Assembly (NCBI GenBank): GCA_965215605.1
Contig: OZ244070.1
Span: 2,016,001 to 2,080,000, forward strand
DNA: 64,000 nt
Source: an uncultured Candidatus Binatia bacterium
Lineage (GTDB): Bacteria > Desulfobacterota > Binatia > UBA9968 > JAJDTQ01
Reading direction: 5' to 3'
In this document: in pieces, positions 40,347-49,462 of the stretch
How positions within the stretch are numbered: the first letter of the stretch is position 1
Layout of the letters: each line of letters begins with the position of its first letter
Translations under genes and position numbers: made by a program
Notes under the pieces: model-generated
Seen by the model: the letters and a program-made list of their open reading frames with translations, nothing else
Database searches by the model: none
Told to the model about the DNA's origin: nothing

Positions 40347-40373
40347 CGAGCCGGCGGGTTGACGTCGTCTCCG

Positions 40374-40499
40374 CGTCTTTCCCGCGAAAGCGGGAATCCA
40401 GGGGCGTGGACGGTCGCCGCATTCGGCGGCCTTCCAGGCTGCATCGCTGCTGGATTCCCGCCCCGATCGGGGTCGAAGGCATGCTTCGCGGGAATGACG
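40374..40499. repeat. Inverted pair of CGTC-type palindromes (REP doublet)
   Basis: CGTCTTTCCCGCGAAAGCGGGAATCCAG ... CTGGATTCCCGC..GCGGGAATGACG. Confidence 0.72.
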
Positions 40500-40546
40500 G
40501 AGGAGTGGGGAGCGTCTTCGGAATCGACCGAAAGCAGAGGACAGCC

Positions 40547-41362
40547 ATGATCGAATGGATCGAGGCGGGACAGTACACCGACATCAAGTACCACAAGACC
40601 GACGGCATCGCGAAGATCACCATCAACCGTCCGGAGGTGCGCAACGCCTTCCGGCCGCTGACGGTGGAGGAGATGATCCAGGCGCTGGACGAGGCGCGCA
40701 ACGACCCGGCCATCGGCGTGGTGATCCTCACCGGCGAGGGCAGGGAAGCGTTCTGCTCCGGCGGCGACCAGAAGGTTCGCGGGGATTCGGGGTACAAGGA
40801 CGGGGCCGGCGTGCACCGGCTGAACGTGCTGGATTTCCAGCGGCAGATGCGCAGTTGCCCCATGCCCGTCATCGCCATGGTGGCGGGTTACGCGGTGGGC
40901 GGCGGCCACGTGCTGCACGTGATGTGCGACCTCACCATCGCCGCGGACAACGCCATCTTCGGGCAGACCGGCCCGCGGGTAGGCTCCTTCGACGGCGGCT
41001 ACGGCGCCACCTACCTGGCGCGCATCGTGGGGCAGAAGAAGGCGCGTGAGATCTGGTACCTGTGCCGGCAGTACAACGCGCAGCAGGCCCTGGACATGGG
41101 GCTGGTGAACGCGGTGGTGCCGTACGAGCGGCTCGAGGAGGAGACGGTCCAGTGGTGCCGCGAGATCCTCGCCAACTCGCCCATCGCCATCCGCTGCCTC
41201 AAGGCTTCGTTCAACGCGGACTGCGACGGCCAAGCCGGCCTGCAGGAGCTGGCGGGCAACGCCACCATGCTCTTCTACATGACCGAGGAAGGGCAGGAGG
41301 GGCGGAACGCCTTCGTCGAGAAGCGCAAGCCGGACTTCTCGAAGTTTCCCCGGCGCCCCTGA
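40547..41362 (+). CDS. menB: 1,4-dihydroxy-2-naphthoyl-CoA synthase
   Basis: [33 protein letters not shown]. Confidence 0.96.
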   Translation: MIEWIEAGQYTDIKYHKTDGIAKITINRPEVRNAFRPLTVEEMIQALDEARNDPAIGVVILTGEGREAFCSGGDQKVRGDSGYKDGAGVHRLNVLDFQRQMRSCPMPVIAMVAGYAVGGGHVLHVMCDLTIAADNAIFGQTGPRVGSFDGGYGATYLARIVGQKKAREIWYLCRQYNAQQALDMGLVNAVVPYERLEEETVQWCREILANSPIAIRCLKASFNADCDGQAGLQELAGNATMLFYMTEEGQEGRNAFVEKRKPDFSKFPRRP

Positions 41363-41385
41363 CAACAACCGGCAAGGGGACCCCA

Positions 41386-42288
41386 GTGGCACAGGACCAC
41401 CTCCCCGAGCCGCCCGGCGCCGTCTCCGTCTGGTTGCTGGCGGCCCGCCCCAAGACGCTCTGGGCATCCATCGCCCCCGTGCTCATCGGCACCGCCATGG
41501 CCTTCGGCGACGGCGGCTTCCACGCGCCCGCGGCGCTGGTGGCGCTGGCGTGCTCGGTGCTGATCCAGGTCGCCACCAACTTCGCCAACGACCTCTTCGA
41601 CTACCAGAAGGGCGCCGACACCGAGGCCCGCCAGGGCCCTTTGCGGGTCACCCAAGCCGGTCTCGCAACCCCCGGCATGATGAAGCGCGGCATCCTCGTG
41701 GTGCTGCTGCTGACGCTGCTCGGCGGCCTCTACCTCATCTGGCGCGGCGGTTGGCCGGCGGTCCTGATCGGCGTCTTCTCGGTGGCGTGCGGGATGCTCT
41801 ACACCGGCGGACCCCGTCCCCTGGGCTACATGGGACTGGGCGACCTCTTCGTGTTGATCTTCTTCGGCCCGGTGGCGGTGGCCGGCACTTACTACGTGCA
41901 GGCGCTGACGGTGAACTCCACGGTGATCGTCGCCGGCCTGGCGCCGGGGCTCCTGTCGGTGGCTATCCTCGCGGTCAACAACCTCCGCGACGCGGACGAA
42001 GACGGCCGCACCGGCAAGCGCACGCTGGCGGTTCGCTTCGGGCCGGCCTTCGCCCGCGCCGAATACATCATCGCCGTGGTGGTGGCCTGCCTGCTGCCGC
42101 TCCTGCTCTACCTCGCCTCGGGACGCCACCCCTACTCGGTCGCCACCGTGGCCGTGGTGGCCGTGGCCGTGCCAGCCTTTCGCCGCCTCTTCGTCCTCGA
42201 CGGTCCGCTCCTGAACCCCGTCCTCGCCTACACCGCCAAGCTTCTGTTGCTGTACAGCGCGGTGTTCTCCATCGGTTGGGTGCTGTGA
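41386..42288 (+). CDS. menA: DHNA polyprenyltransferase
   Basis: ARPKTL, NFANDLFDY.KGAD, NNLRD..ED, GKRTLAV. Confidence 0.94.
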   Translation: MAQDHLPEPPGAVSVWLLAARPKTLWASIAPVLIGTAMAFGDGGFHAPAALVALACSVLIQVATNFANDLFDYQKGADTEARQGPLRVTQAGLATPGMMKRGILVVLLLTLLGGLYLIWRGGWPAVLIGVFSVACGMLYTGGPRPLGYMGLGDLFVLIFFGPVAVAGTYYVQALTVNSTVIVAGLAPGLLSVAILAVNNLRDADEDGRTGKRTLAVRFGPAFARAEYIIAVVVACLLPLLLYLASGRHPYSVATVAVVAVAVPAFRRLFVLDGPLLNPVLAYTAKLLLLYSAVFSIGWVL

Positions 42289-42522
42289 GGCCTCCCGCTC
42301 AGGACGCTAGCTCTCGACCAACCGTTCGATCCACCGGCCATGGTTCTCGCAGTTCGCCACCAGATCAGCGAACGAAGCCATAGGTCTCCTGCCGGTCGTC
42401 GGCGTCGGGCGAAGGCGCGGATTTGGTTGGAGACGGGGTCGGACATGGGCGGTCGCTTCCCGGCGGGAGTTCAAAATCCCCGCGGGGTAGTGATATCAAA
42501 GGGGAACAAGGCAACCCGGTGC

Positions 42523-43659
42523 ATGAAACTCCAGCGTACCACAAGAACGACCGCGGATAGTCCGGACGCCGGGACCCTCTCGCGCTGCCGGATCTTCCGC
42601 TATCGTCTTCCGCTGGCGGCGCCGTTGCGGCTGGCCGGTCAAGTGATTCACGAGCGCGCCGGCGTCCTGGTCCGGATCGATTCCGATTCCGATGTCTCGG
42701 GTTGGGGTGATGCGGCGCCGCTGCCGGGGTTCAGCCGGGAGACTGTCGAGGAGGCCGAGACGGAGTTGACGGCCTGGGCGGGACGGCTGCGGGGCGCCGT
42801 GTTCGATCCAGGCGGCGACGATCTCGAATCCCGCCTGGGTTCCGGCCCCGCGGCGGCGTCGCCCTCCGTGCGCTTCGCGTTGGAGACGGCGCTCGCGAGC
42901 CTGTCGCGGCGGATGGAGGACACAGCGGCAGCGGAATTGACCTGCTTCGAGGGCGCCGTTCCCGTCAACGGATTGCTGACGGGTTTGCGAGAGCAGGTGC
43001 TCGCGGACGCCCGGCGTTTCCGGGACGGGGGTTGCCGGGCGGTCAAGCTCAAGGTGGGGAGGCGGCCGGTTGCGGAAGACGTCGGACTCACCCGGGCGGT
43101 GCGCGACGTGATCGGCGACGCCGTGAGCCTCAGGCTGGATGCCAACCGGAGCTGGAGCCTGGAGCAGGCGGTGGCGTTCGGCCGCGAGTTCGGCGGCGCC
43201 GGCGTCGAGTATCTGGAGGAACCCTTGCGCGACCCCGCGCAACTGCGGGAGCTGTTCGATGCCACCGGCATTCCCGTGGCTCTGGACGAGAGTCTTCTCG
43301 AGCTTCGGCCGGACGACCTCGAAGGACGGCGCGAGGTGGGCGCCGTGGTGCTGAAGCCGACGCTTCTGGGCGGCCTCGCAAGGGCCGGGGAATGGGCGGC
43401 CAAGGCGTCGGCGCTGAACATCCGCCCCGTGGTGAGCAGTTGTTTCGAGAGCGGCGTCGGGCTGCTGGCGCTGGCGGCGTTCGCCTGGGCCTCCACGGGA
43501 GACGCGGTGCCAGCGGGCCTCGACACCTATCGGTGGCTCGCCGCGGACGTGGTGGCGCCGCGCCTGCCGCTCGGCGCCGGGGCCATCGAGTGGAGCGACG
43601 CCGCGGCCCGTGGGCATCGGATCGACGGGTCGAGGCTGAGCGAGATGCGGCATGGCTGA
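42523..43659 (+). CDS. menC: o-succinylbenzoate synthase
   Basis: APLPGFS, KLKVG, RLDANR, EEP, DES, KPT.LG. Confidence 0.9.
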   Translation: MKLQRTTRTTADSPDAGTLSRCRIFRYRLPLAAPLRLAGQVIHERAGVLVRIDSDSDVSGWGDAAPLPGFSRETVEEAETELTAWAGRLRGAVFDPGGDDLESRLGSGPAAASPSVRFALETALASLSRRMEDTAAAELTCFEGAVPVNGLLTGLREQVLADARRFRDGGCRAVKLKVGRRPVAEDVGLTRAVRDVIGDAVSLRLDANRSWSLEQAVAFGREFGGAGVEYLEEPLRDPAQLRELFDATGIPVALDESLLELRPDDLEGRREVGAVVLKPTLLGGLARAGEWAAKASALNIRPVVSSCFESGVGLLALAAFAWASTGDAVPAGLDTYRWLAADVVAPRLPLGAGAIEWSDAAARGHRIDGSRLSEMRHG

Positions 43660-45184
43660 GATCCGCTGTCCCCTGGAAGAAGCGGCCGAGCGTCACGGCG
43701 ACCGGCCCGCGTTGGTCAGCGGCGCCCGGGCCGTGTCCTACGCGGAGTTCCACCAGCGCGTGGCGCGGGTGACCGCGGCGCTGCGGCGGGCGGGGTGCGA
43801 CCCTGGAGAGCGCGTGGCCATTCTCGCTCCCAACAGCCCCGATTACCTCGTCTGGCTGCTGGCGGTGCTCCGCCTGGGGGCGGTGTGCTGTCCCATGAAT
43901 ACGAGACTCCCCTACCGCACGGTGGCGGATCTTCTGCACCGCGTGGGCTGTCGCACGCTGGTGGTGGGGGAGTCGGAACAGCAGGGGTCCACCGGCACGG
44001 CGGGCGACATGCAGATCCTGCAGGACCATGACCTGCGGGTCATCCCGGGCAACGAGCTGCACGTGGCCGGAGACCGCGACCCGACCGCGGCCGACGCGCC
44101 TCCGGCGGTGGATCCCCAGGGCACCACCATGCCCCTCGAACGCCCCGCCACCATCGTCTTCACCTCCGGCAGCACCGGGGTTCCCAAGGCGGTGCTCCAC
44201 TCCTACGGCAACCACTACTACAACGCCCTCGGCTGCAACCGGAACCTGCCGCTGGCGACCGGCGACCGCTGGCTGCTGGACCTGCCGCTGTACCACGTGG
44301 GCGGGCTCGGCATTCTTTTCCGGTCCCTGCTGGCGGGCTCCACGGTGGTGATGCCCGACCGGGGAGAGACTCTCGACGCGGTACTGAGCCGCTACCGGGT
44401 CACGCACCTTTCGGTGGTGGTGACGCAACTGCACCGGCTGTTGCAGCAGCCCGATTCCGTGCGCTACCCTGCGCTCCGCTACATTGTCCTCGGCGGCAGC
44501 CCGGTGCCGCTGAAGCTGCTGGAGCGCGCCGGCGCCCGCGGGCTGCCGGTGTTCGCCAGCTATGGCTGCACCGAGATGGCCTCGCAGGTGGCCACGACGG
44601 GGCCGGAATCCACCACGGCCCAGCGGCTGACCTCCGGGAAGCTGCTGCCGCACCGCAAGCTCCGCATCGGGGAAGAAGGAGAGATCCAGTTGGCGGGAGA
44701 GACCTTGTTCATGGGCTACGTGGACGGCGACAGGCTGCGGCGTCCGCTGACCGATGACGGCTGGTTCGCCACCGGCGATCTCGGGCGCGTGGACGGAGAC
44801 GGCTACCTGACGGTCATCGGCCGCCGCGACAACCGGTTCTTCTCCGGCGGCGAGACCATCCATCCGGAAGAGGTCGAGCGCGCCCTGACCGATCACGACG
44901 GGGTCGAGCAGGCGGTGGTGGTGCCGATCCCGGACGAGGAGTTCGGCCAGCGCTGCGTGGCTTTCGTGCAGCCGCACGGCGGGTGTCCTGACGGCCCGGC
45001 GCTGGCGGCGTGGCTCGGGCGGACCCTGCCTCGCTACAAGGTGCCGGATGCCTTCTACCAGTGGCCGGACACCGATCCGAATACATTCAAGATCGACCGG
45101 GCACGATTCCGCCGGTTGGCCGTGGACGGGCCGAAGGCGTCGCTGGGGCCAAGGACGCCAGCAGCACCGGGAGGAATTCCATGA
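43652..45184 (+). CDS. menE: OSB-CoA ligase
   Basis: FTSGSTG.PK, YHVGG, SYG.TE, TGDLG, SGGE.I.PEE. Confidence 0.9.
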   Translation: MAEIRCPLEEAAERHGDRPALVSGARAVSYAEFHQRVARVTAALRRAGCDPGERVAILAPNSPDYLVWLLAVLRLGAVCCPMNTRLPYRTVADLLHRVGCRTLVVGESEQQGSTGTAGDMQILQDHDLRVIPGNELHVAGDRDPTAADAPPAVDPQGTTMPLERPATIVFTSGSTGVPKAVLHSYGNHYYNALGCNRNLPLATGDRWLLDLPLYHVGGLGILFRSLLAGSTVVMPDRGETLDAVLSRYRVTHLSVVVTQLHRLLQQPDSVRYPALRYIVLGGSPVPLKLLERAGARGLPVFASYGCTEMASQVATTGPESTTAQRLTSGKLLPHRKLRIGEEGEIQLAGETLFMGYVDGDRLRRPLTDDGWFATGDLGRVDGDGYLTVIGRRDNRFFSGGETIHPEEVERALTDHDGVEQAVVVPIPDEEFGQRCVAFVQPHGGCPDGPALAAWLGRTLPRYKVPDAFYQWPDTDPNTFKIDRARFRRLAVDGPKASLGPRTPAAPGGIP

Positions 45185-46176
45185 CAGCGAAGCGGGGAAG
45201 GGCAAAGGCCGCGGCGCGGCGGGACGGCAACGGTGAGTTGGTGTCGCTGCTCCGGCGCATGTGGGTGATCCGCGCCTTCGAGGAGAAGGTGTCCGCCCTC
45301 TACGCGGCCCGGGAGATCGTCGGCCTGCTCCACCTCGGCATCGGGCAGGAAGCCGTGGCGGTGGGCGTGTGCGGCCTGCTGGACGCCGATGACCTGGTCT
45401 ACGGCGGGCACCGCTCCCACGGCCACGCCATCGCCAAGGGAGCGGACCTGAACCGGCTCATGGCCGAGTTGGCGGGGCGCGCCACCGGCTATTGCCGCGG
45501 CAAGGGCGGCTCCATGCACGTCGTGGCGGCCGAGACCGGCTTCGTCACCGCCAGCGGCGTGGTGGGCGGTACCGTTCCGCTGGCCCTGGGCGCGGCCTTC
45601 ACCGCCCGGGAGAGGGGCGCAGGGCGGGTGGCGGTGGTGTTCTTCGGCGACGGCGCCGGCCAGACCGGTCCCTTTCACGAGTCCCTGAACATCGCCAGCC
45701 TGTGGGGGCTTCCGGTCATCTTCGTATGTGAGAACAACGGCTACGCCGAGTTCACGCCGCTGTCCGCCCACACCAAGGTGGAGCGGCTGGCCCGGCACGC
45801 CGAGACCTACGGCATCCCCAGCGCCACCGTGGACGGCAACGACATCCTGGAGGTTCGCGAGGCCATGGGCCGTGCCGTGGACAACGCTCGCGCCGGCAAG
45901 GGGCCGGCCTTCGTCGAATGCCTGACCTACCGCCTCCGGGGTCACTACGAGGGCGACCCCGGCAAGTACCGGGAACTCTCCCAGTTGGCCGACTGGAAGA
46001 GGAAGGACCCCATCGCGCGCTTCACGGGGGTGCTGAAACGGCGGCGGGCCGCGTCCACCAAGGATTTCGAGGAGGCGGAGGCCGACGCGCGCGCGCTGGT
46101 GGAAGCGGCGGCGGAGTTCGCCCTGGCGTCTCCCTGGCCGGAGCCCGAGGAGACCGGGACCCAGGTTTGTGCATGA
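45181..46176 (+). CDS. TPP-dependent dehydrogenase E1 alpha (pyruvate/acetoin type)
   Basis: GQEA, HRSHGH, GKGGSMH, FGDGA...ENN, TYR..GH. Confidence 0.92.
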   Translation: MTAKRGRAKAAARRDGNGELVSLLRRMWVIRAFEEKVSALYAAREIVGLLHLGIGQEAVAVGVCGLLDADDLVYGGHRSHGHAIAKGADLNRLMAELAGRATGYCRGKGGSMHVVAAETGFVTASGVVGGTVPLALGAAFTARERGAGRVAVVFFGDGAGQTGPFHESLNIASLWGLPVIFVCENNGYAEFTPLSAHTKVERLARHAETYGIPSATVDGNDILEVREAMGRAVDNARAGKGPAFVECLTYRLRGHYEGDPGKYRELSQLADWKRKDPIARFTGVLKRRRAASTKDFEEAEADARALVEAAAEFALASPWPEPEETGTQVCA

Positions 46177-46183
46177 GGTGGAC

Positions 46184-47164
46184 ATGGCGGAGCTGAGCTA
46201 TCTGGAGGCCATCCGCTCGGGGCTGCTGGCCGAGATGCGGCAGGATTCCTCGGTCTACGTCTTCGGCGAGGACGTGGCGCTGGGCGGGCCTTTCGGGGTC
46301 ACCCAGGGTATCGCCGAGGAACTGGGCGCCCACCGGGTGGTGAACACGCCCATCAGCGAAGGCACGGTCATGGGCGTCGCCATCGGCGCGGCGCTGTCGG
46401 GTCTGCGACCGGTGGTGGAGATCATGTTCATGGACTTCATCACCCTGGCCATGGACCAGCTCGTCAACCACGCCGCCAAGCTACACTACATGTCCGGCGG
46501 GCAACTGAAGGTGCCGTTGACCGTGCGGGTCCAGTGCGGCGTGCAGGGCAACATGGGCGCGCACCACTCCCAGAGCCTGGAGTCGTGGTTCCTCCACGTC
46601 CCCGGCCTCAAGGTCGTCATGCCGTCGAATCCGGCCGACGCCGAAAGCCTCATGCGGGACGCTGTCCGCGACGACAACCCGGTCCTGTTCATCGAGCACC
46701 GGGCACTGTATTTCTCGCGGGCGGAAGTGCCGGAAGGGGGCAGCGGCCTGCCCATGGATCGCGCGGCAGTGCTCCAGACGGGCGCGGACGTCACCGTCGC
46801 CGCCGTGTCGAAGATGGTGGGGCCGGCGCTGGAGGCGGCCGAAACGCTGGCCGGCGATGGGGTTTCCGTTGAGGTCATCGACCTCCGCAGCCTCGTGCCG
46901 CTGGACATCGACACCCTGGTGGAGTCGGTGAGGAAGACGTCGAGGCTTGTGGTGGTGCACGAAGCGGTGGAGCAGGGCGGGGTCGGAGCGGAAGTTGCCG
47001 CCCGCGTGCAAGAGCAGGCCCTTTACTTCCTCGACAGCCCGATCCTGCGGGTCGCCGCCCCCAACGCCCCGGTGCCATGCGCGACGCCGCTGGAGAGTTC
47101 CTTTGTTCCCGACAAGGAACGGATCGTGGAGACCGTGCGCCGGGCGCTGGCCGGCGGACCCTGA
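46184..47164 (+). CDS. TPP-dependent dehydrogenase E1 beta
   Basis: GEDV, TPISE, AHHSQ, EVIDLRSL.PLD. Confidence 0.92.
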   Translation: MAELSYLEAIRSGLLAEMRQDSSVYVFGEDVALGGPFGVTQGIAEELGAHRVVNTPISEGTVMGVAIGAALSGLRPVVEIMFMDFITLAMDQLVNHAAKLHYMSGGQLKVPLTVRVQCGVQGNMGAHHSQSLESWFLHVPGLKVVMPSNPADAESLMRDAVRDDNPVLFIEHRALYFSRAEVPEGGSGLPMDRAAVLQTGADVTVAAVSKMVGPALEAAETLAGDGVSVEVIDLRSLVPLDIDTLVESVRKTSRLVVVHEAVEQGGVGAEVAARVQEQALYFLDSPILRVAAPNAPVPCATPLESSFVPDKERIVETVRRALAGGP

Positions 47165-47170
47165 TTGAGC

Positions 47171-47263
47171 TATTTCTCCTTTGAAAAAGGATAAATATAT
47201 ATGATTCTATCCTTTTCATAATAAGAAATATTTATTATATTCTCCTTTTCACAAGGAGAGTAT
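47171..47263. promoter_or_regulatory. AT-rich array of three 27-bp imperfect palindromes, 33-bp period
   Basis: TCCTTT cores at 47177, 47210 and 47243; the third unit covers the RBS and ATG. Confidence 0.7.
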
Positions 47264-48611
47264 GGTTTTGGAACCGACCCTGACAACCTTCCGGCAAGTG
47301 TTGGCCGAACAGCTCGCTGGATCTTTGCAAGCACCGCCTCCTTCCCACACTCCCCGCCGCGTCCATGGCCTTACGCGGTTTCCGGGCAAGGCGACCGCGG
47401 TGGTCGGTATGCGCCGGGCCGGCAAAACCACCTTTCTGCACCAGTTGCGCCATGAGTTCATCACAACCGGCGCGGCTTCTTCACGGGTCCCTTACGTATC
47501 CTTCGAGGACGAGCGGCTGACCGGTTTGGAGGGCCGCCATCTGGATCTGCTGCTTGACGAATACCAACGCCTTTCGACCGGGGAGGCAAGCGATTCGGCG
47601 GTCATGTGGTGTTTTGACGAGATCCAGTTGGTGCCGGGCTGGGAGCGCTTCGTGCGCCGGTTGCTCGATACGGAGGCCGTGGAGGTGTACGTGAGCGGTT
47701 CCTCGGCGACACTACTGTCGCGTGAGATCGCTACGGCGTTGCGTGGCCGGGCATGGCAGGTGCTCATGCACCCGTTCGGCTTCGACGAGGCGCTTCGCCA
47801 TCAGGGGACGGAGCTTCCGGAGCGGACGGAGGTCCTGTCCCGCGAGCAACGCGTGCGTTTCGAGCGGGAATTCACGGCGTGGCTGGTTGCCGGCGGGTTT
47901 CCGGAAGCCCAGGGGCTGGACACCGCGCCGCGGCACCAACTGCTGCGCGACTACGTGGACGTGGCGGTGCTTCGCGATGTCATGGAACGTCACGGAGTCG
48001 GCAACGTCACCGGGCTCCGGTGGCTGGTGCGGCAATTGCTCGGCAACGCGGGCGGTCTGTTCAGTGTCGAGAAGCTCCACGGGGCGCTCAAATCCCACGG
48101 AATCGCCATCGCCAGAGATACGGTGCACCAACTCCTCGGCTACCTCGAAGACTGCTTTCTCGTGCGCGTGGTGTGGATGGAGTCGAGTTCCGAGCGGCAA
48201 CGGATGGTGAATCCACGGAAGGCGTATCCGGTGGATCCGGGTTTGATCCCCGTGTTCGACCGTACCGGCCGCGCCAACATCGGACAGGCCCTGGAAACCG
48301 CGGTGCTCATCGAACTGGAGCGGCGGCGCAGCGAGGTTACCTATGTGCGCACCGTACAGGGATACGAAGTGGATTTTCTGACACGGGAGGCGGACGGAGG
48401 CCGGGAATTGATACAGGTTTGCGCCGATGCGTCGGAGCCATCCACCGCGGAACGCGAACTCCGCGCCCTGGTGGCGGCGGGGGAGCAGTTCCCCGACGCC
48501 CGCCTGCGCCTTTTGACTCTCGACCGTGACGGCATACCCGACCCGTTGCCGGACGGCGTGGTGGCGCAGCCTGCCTGGATCTGGATGCTTGGATACGGCG
48601 ATCCCGAGTGA
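47262..48611 (+). CDS. AAA_14 ATPase with a DUF4143 (PD-(D/E)xK-like) domain
   Basis: GMRRAGKT, FDEIQ, SGSS, GGFPE, K.Y.VDPG, EVDF, LIQV. Confidence 0.9.
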   Translation: MVLEPTLTTFRQVLAEQLAGSLQAPPPSHTPRRVHGLTRFPGKATAVVGMRRAGKTTFLHQLRHEFITTGAASSRVPYVSFEDERLTGLEGRHLDLLLDEYQRLSTGEASDSAVMWCFDEIQLVPGWERFVRRLLDTEAVEVYVSGSSATLLSREIATALRGRAWQVLMHPFGFDEALRHQGTELPERTEVLSREQRVRFEREFTAWLVAGGFPEAQGLDTAPRHQLLRDYVDVAVLRDVMERHGVGNVTGLRWLVRQLLGNAGGLFSVEKLHGALKSHGIAIARDTVHQLLGYLEDCFLVRVVWMESSSERQRMVNPRKAYPVDPGLIPVFDRTGRANIGQALETAVLIELERRRSEVTYVRTVQGYEVDFLTREADGGRELIQVCADASEPSTAERELRALVAAGEQFPDARLRLLTLDRDGIPDPLPDGVVAQPAWIWMLGYGDPE

Positions 48612-48620
48612 CGGGCGCCG

Positions 48621-49385
48621 TTACCGGTGCAGCCACTTGGGCTTGCGTTTCTCCACGAACGCCTGGACGCCTTCCTCCACGTCCTCGGTTTCCAGCAACT
48701 CTTTCAGATAGATTTCTTCGGAACGCGCGAGGGCGGCGGCGAGCTGCTGGAGGCCGATCTCCCGCAGGCCCTTGAGGGTGATGCGCAGCACCGCGCGGCT
48801 CTTGTCCAGCAGTTCGTTCCGAAGGACCTCCAGCGCCTCGCCGAGTTGGTCCCGCGGCACTACCCGGTTCACGAGCCCGATGGACTCGGCTTCCCGCGCC
48901 GACAGGCGGCGGCCGGTGAGGATCATCTCGGCGGCCCGGTGGTAGCCGATCTGCGAGGAGAACCGGGCCAGGGCCACCGGCGGAAAGCAGCCCACGGTGA
49001 CCTCGGGGGTGGCGAAGAGGCTCTCCTCGGAGGCCAGCACCAGGTCGCAGGAGGAGGCCAGCTCGCAGCCCCCGCCCAGGCAGACGCCGTCCACCACCGC
49101 GACGGTGGGCTGACGGAGGCTCATCAGCTTCCGGATGACCCCGTGCACCAGCTCGAGCATTTCTGGTACCTGCGCCCGGGTGTGGTCCTTCACATCCACG
49201 CCGGCGGAGAAGGCGCGTCCGCCCGCGCCGCGGATCTCCACGAGATCCACGCCGGCGTCCTGGTCCAGTTCGTCGAGAATCTGGCGCAGTTCCCGTAACA
49301 ACGCGAGGTTGAGGACGTTGAGGGGTGGGCGGTCGATGATCACCGACGCGACTCCACCGGTTCTATCGAGGTGTATTTCCGCCAT
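48621..49385 (-). CDS. Enoyl-CoA hydratase/isomerase (Dch-like)
   Basis: RPPLNVL, FSAGVDV.DH, GGGCEL, PE..VG.FPP. Confidence 0.88.
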   Translation of the reverse strand: MAEIHLDRTGGVASVIIDRPPLNVLNLALLRELRQILDELDQDAGVDLVEIRGAGGRAFSAGVDVKDHTRAQVPEMLELVHGVIRKLMSLRQPTVAVVDGVCLGGGCELASSCDLVLASEESLFATPEVTVGCFPPVALARFSSQIGYHRAAEMILTGRRLSAREAESIGLVNRVVPRDQLGEALEVLRNELLDKSRAVLRITLKGLREIGLQQLAAALARSEEIYLKELLETEDVEEGVQAFVEKRKPKWLHR

Positions 49386-49420
49386 GGTTACATTCCTGTG
49401 CTTGTCCCCCGTGCCTCCCA

Positions 49421-49450
49421 CCTGGACCCCGGGTCAAGCACGGGGTGACG
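49421..49450 (-). repeat. CGTC-type REP-like palindrome
   Basis: CCTGGACCCCGGGTCAAGCACGGGGTGACG, inverse of the 39456 copy. Confidence 0.7.
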
Positions 49451-49462
49451 ATTTGGAGGCAG

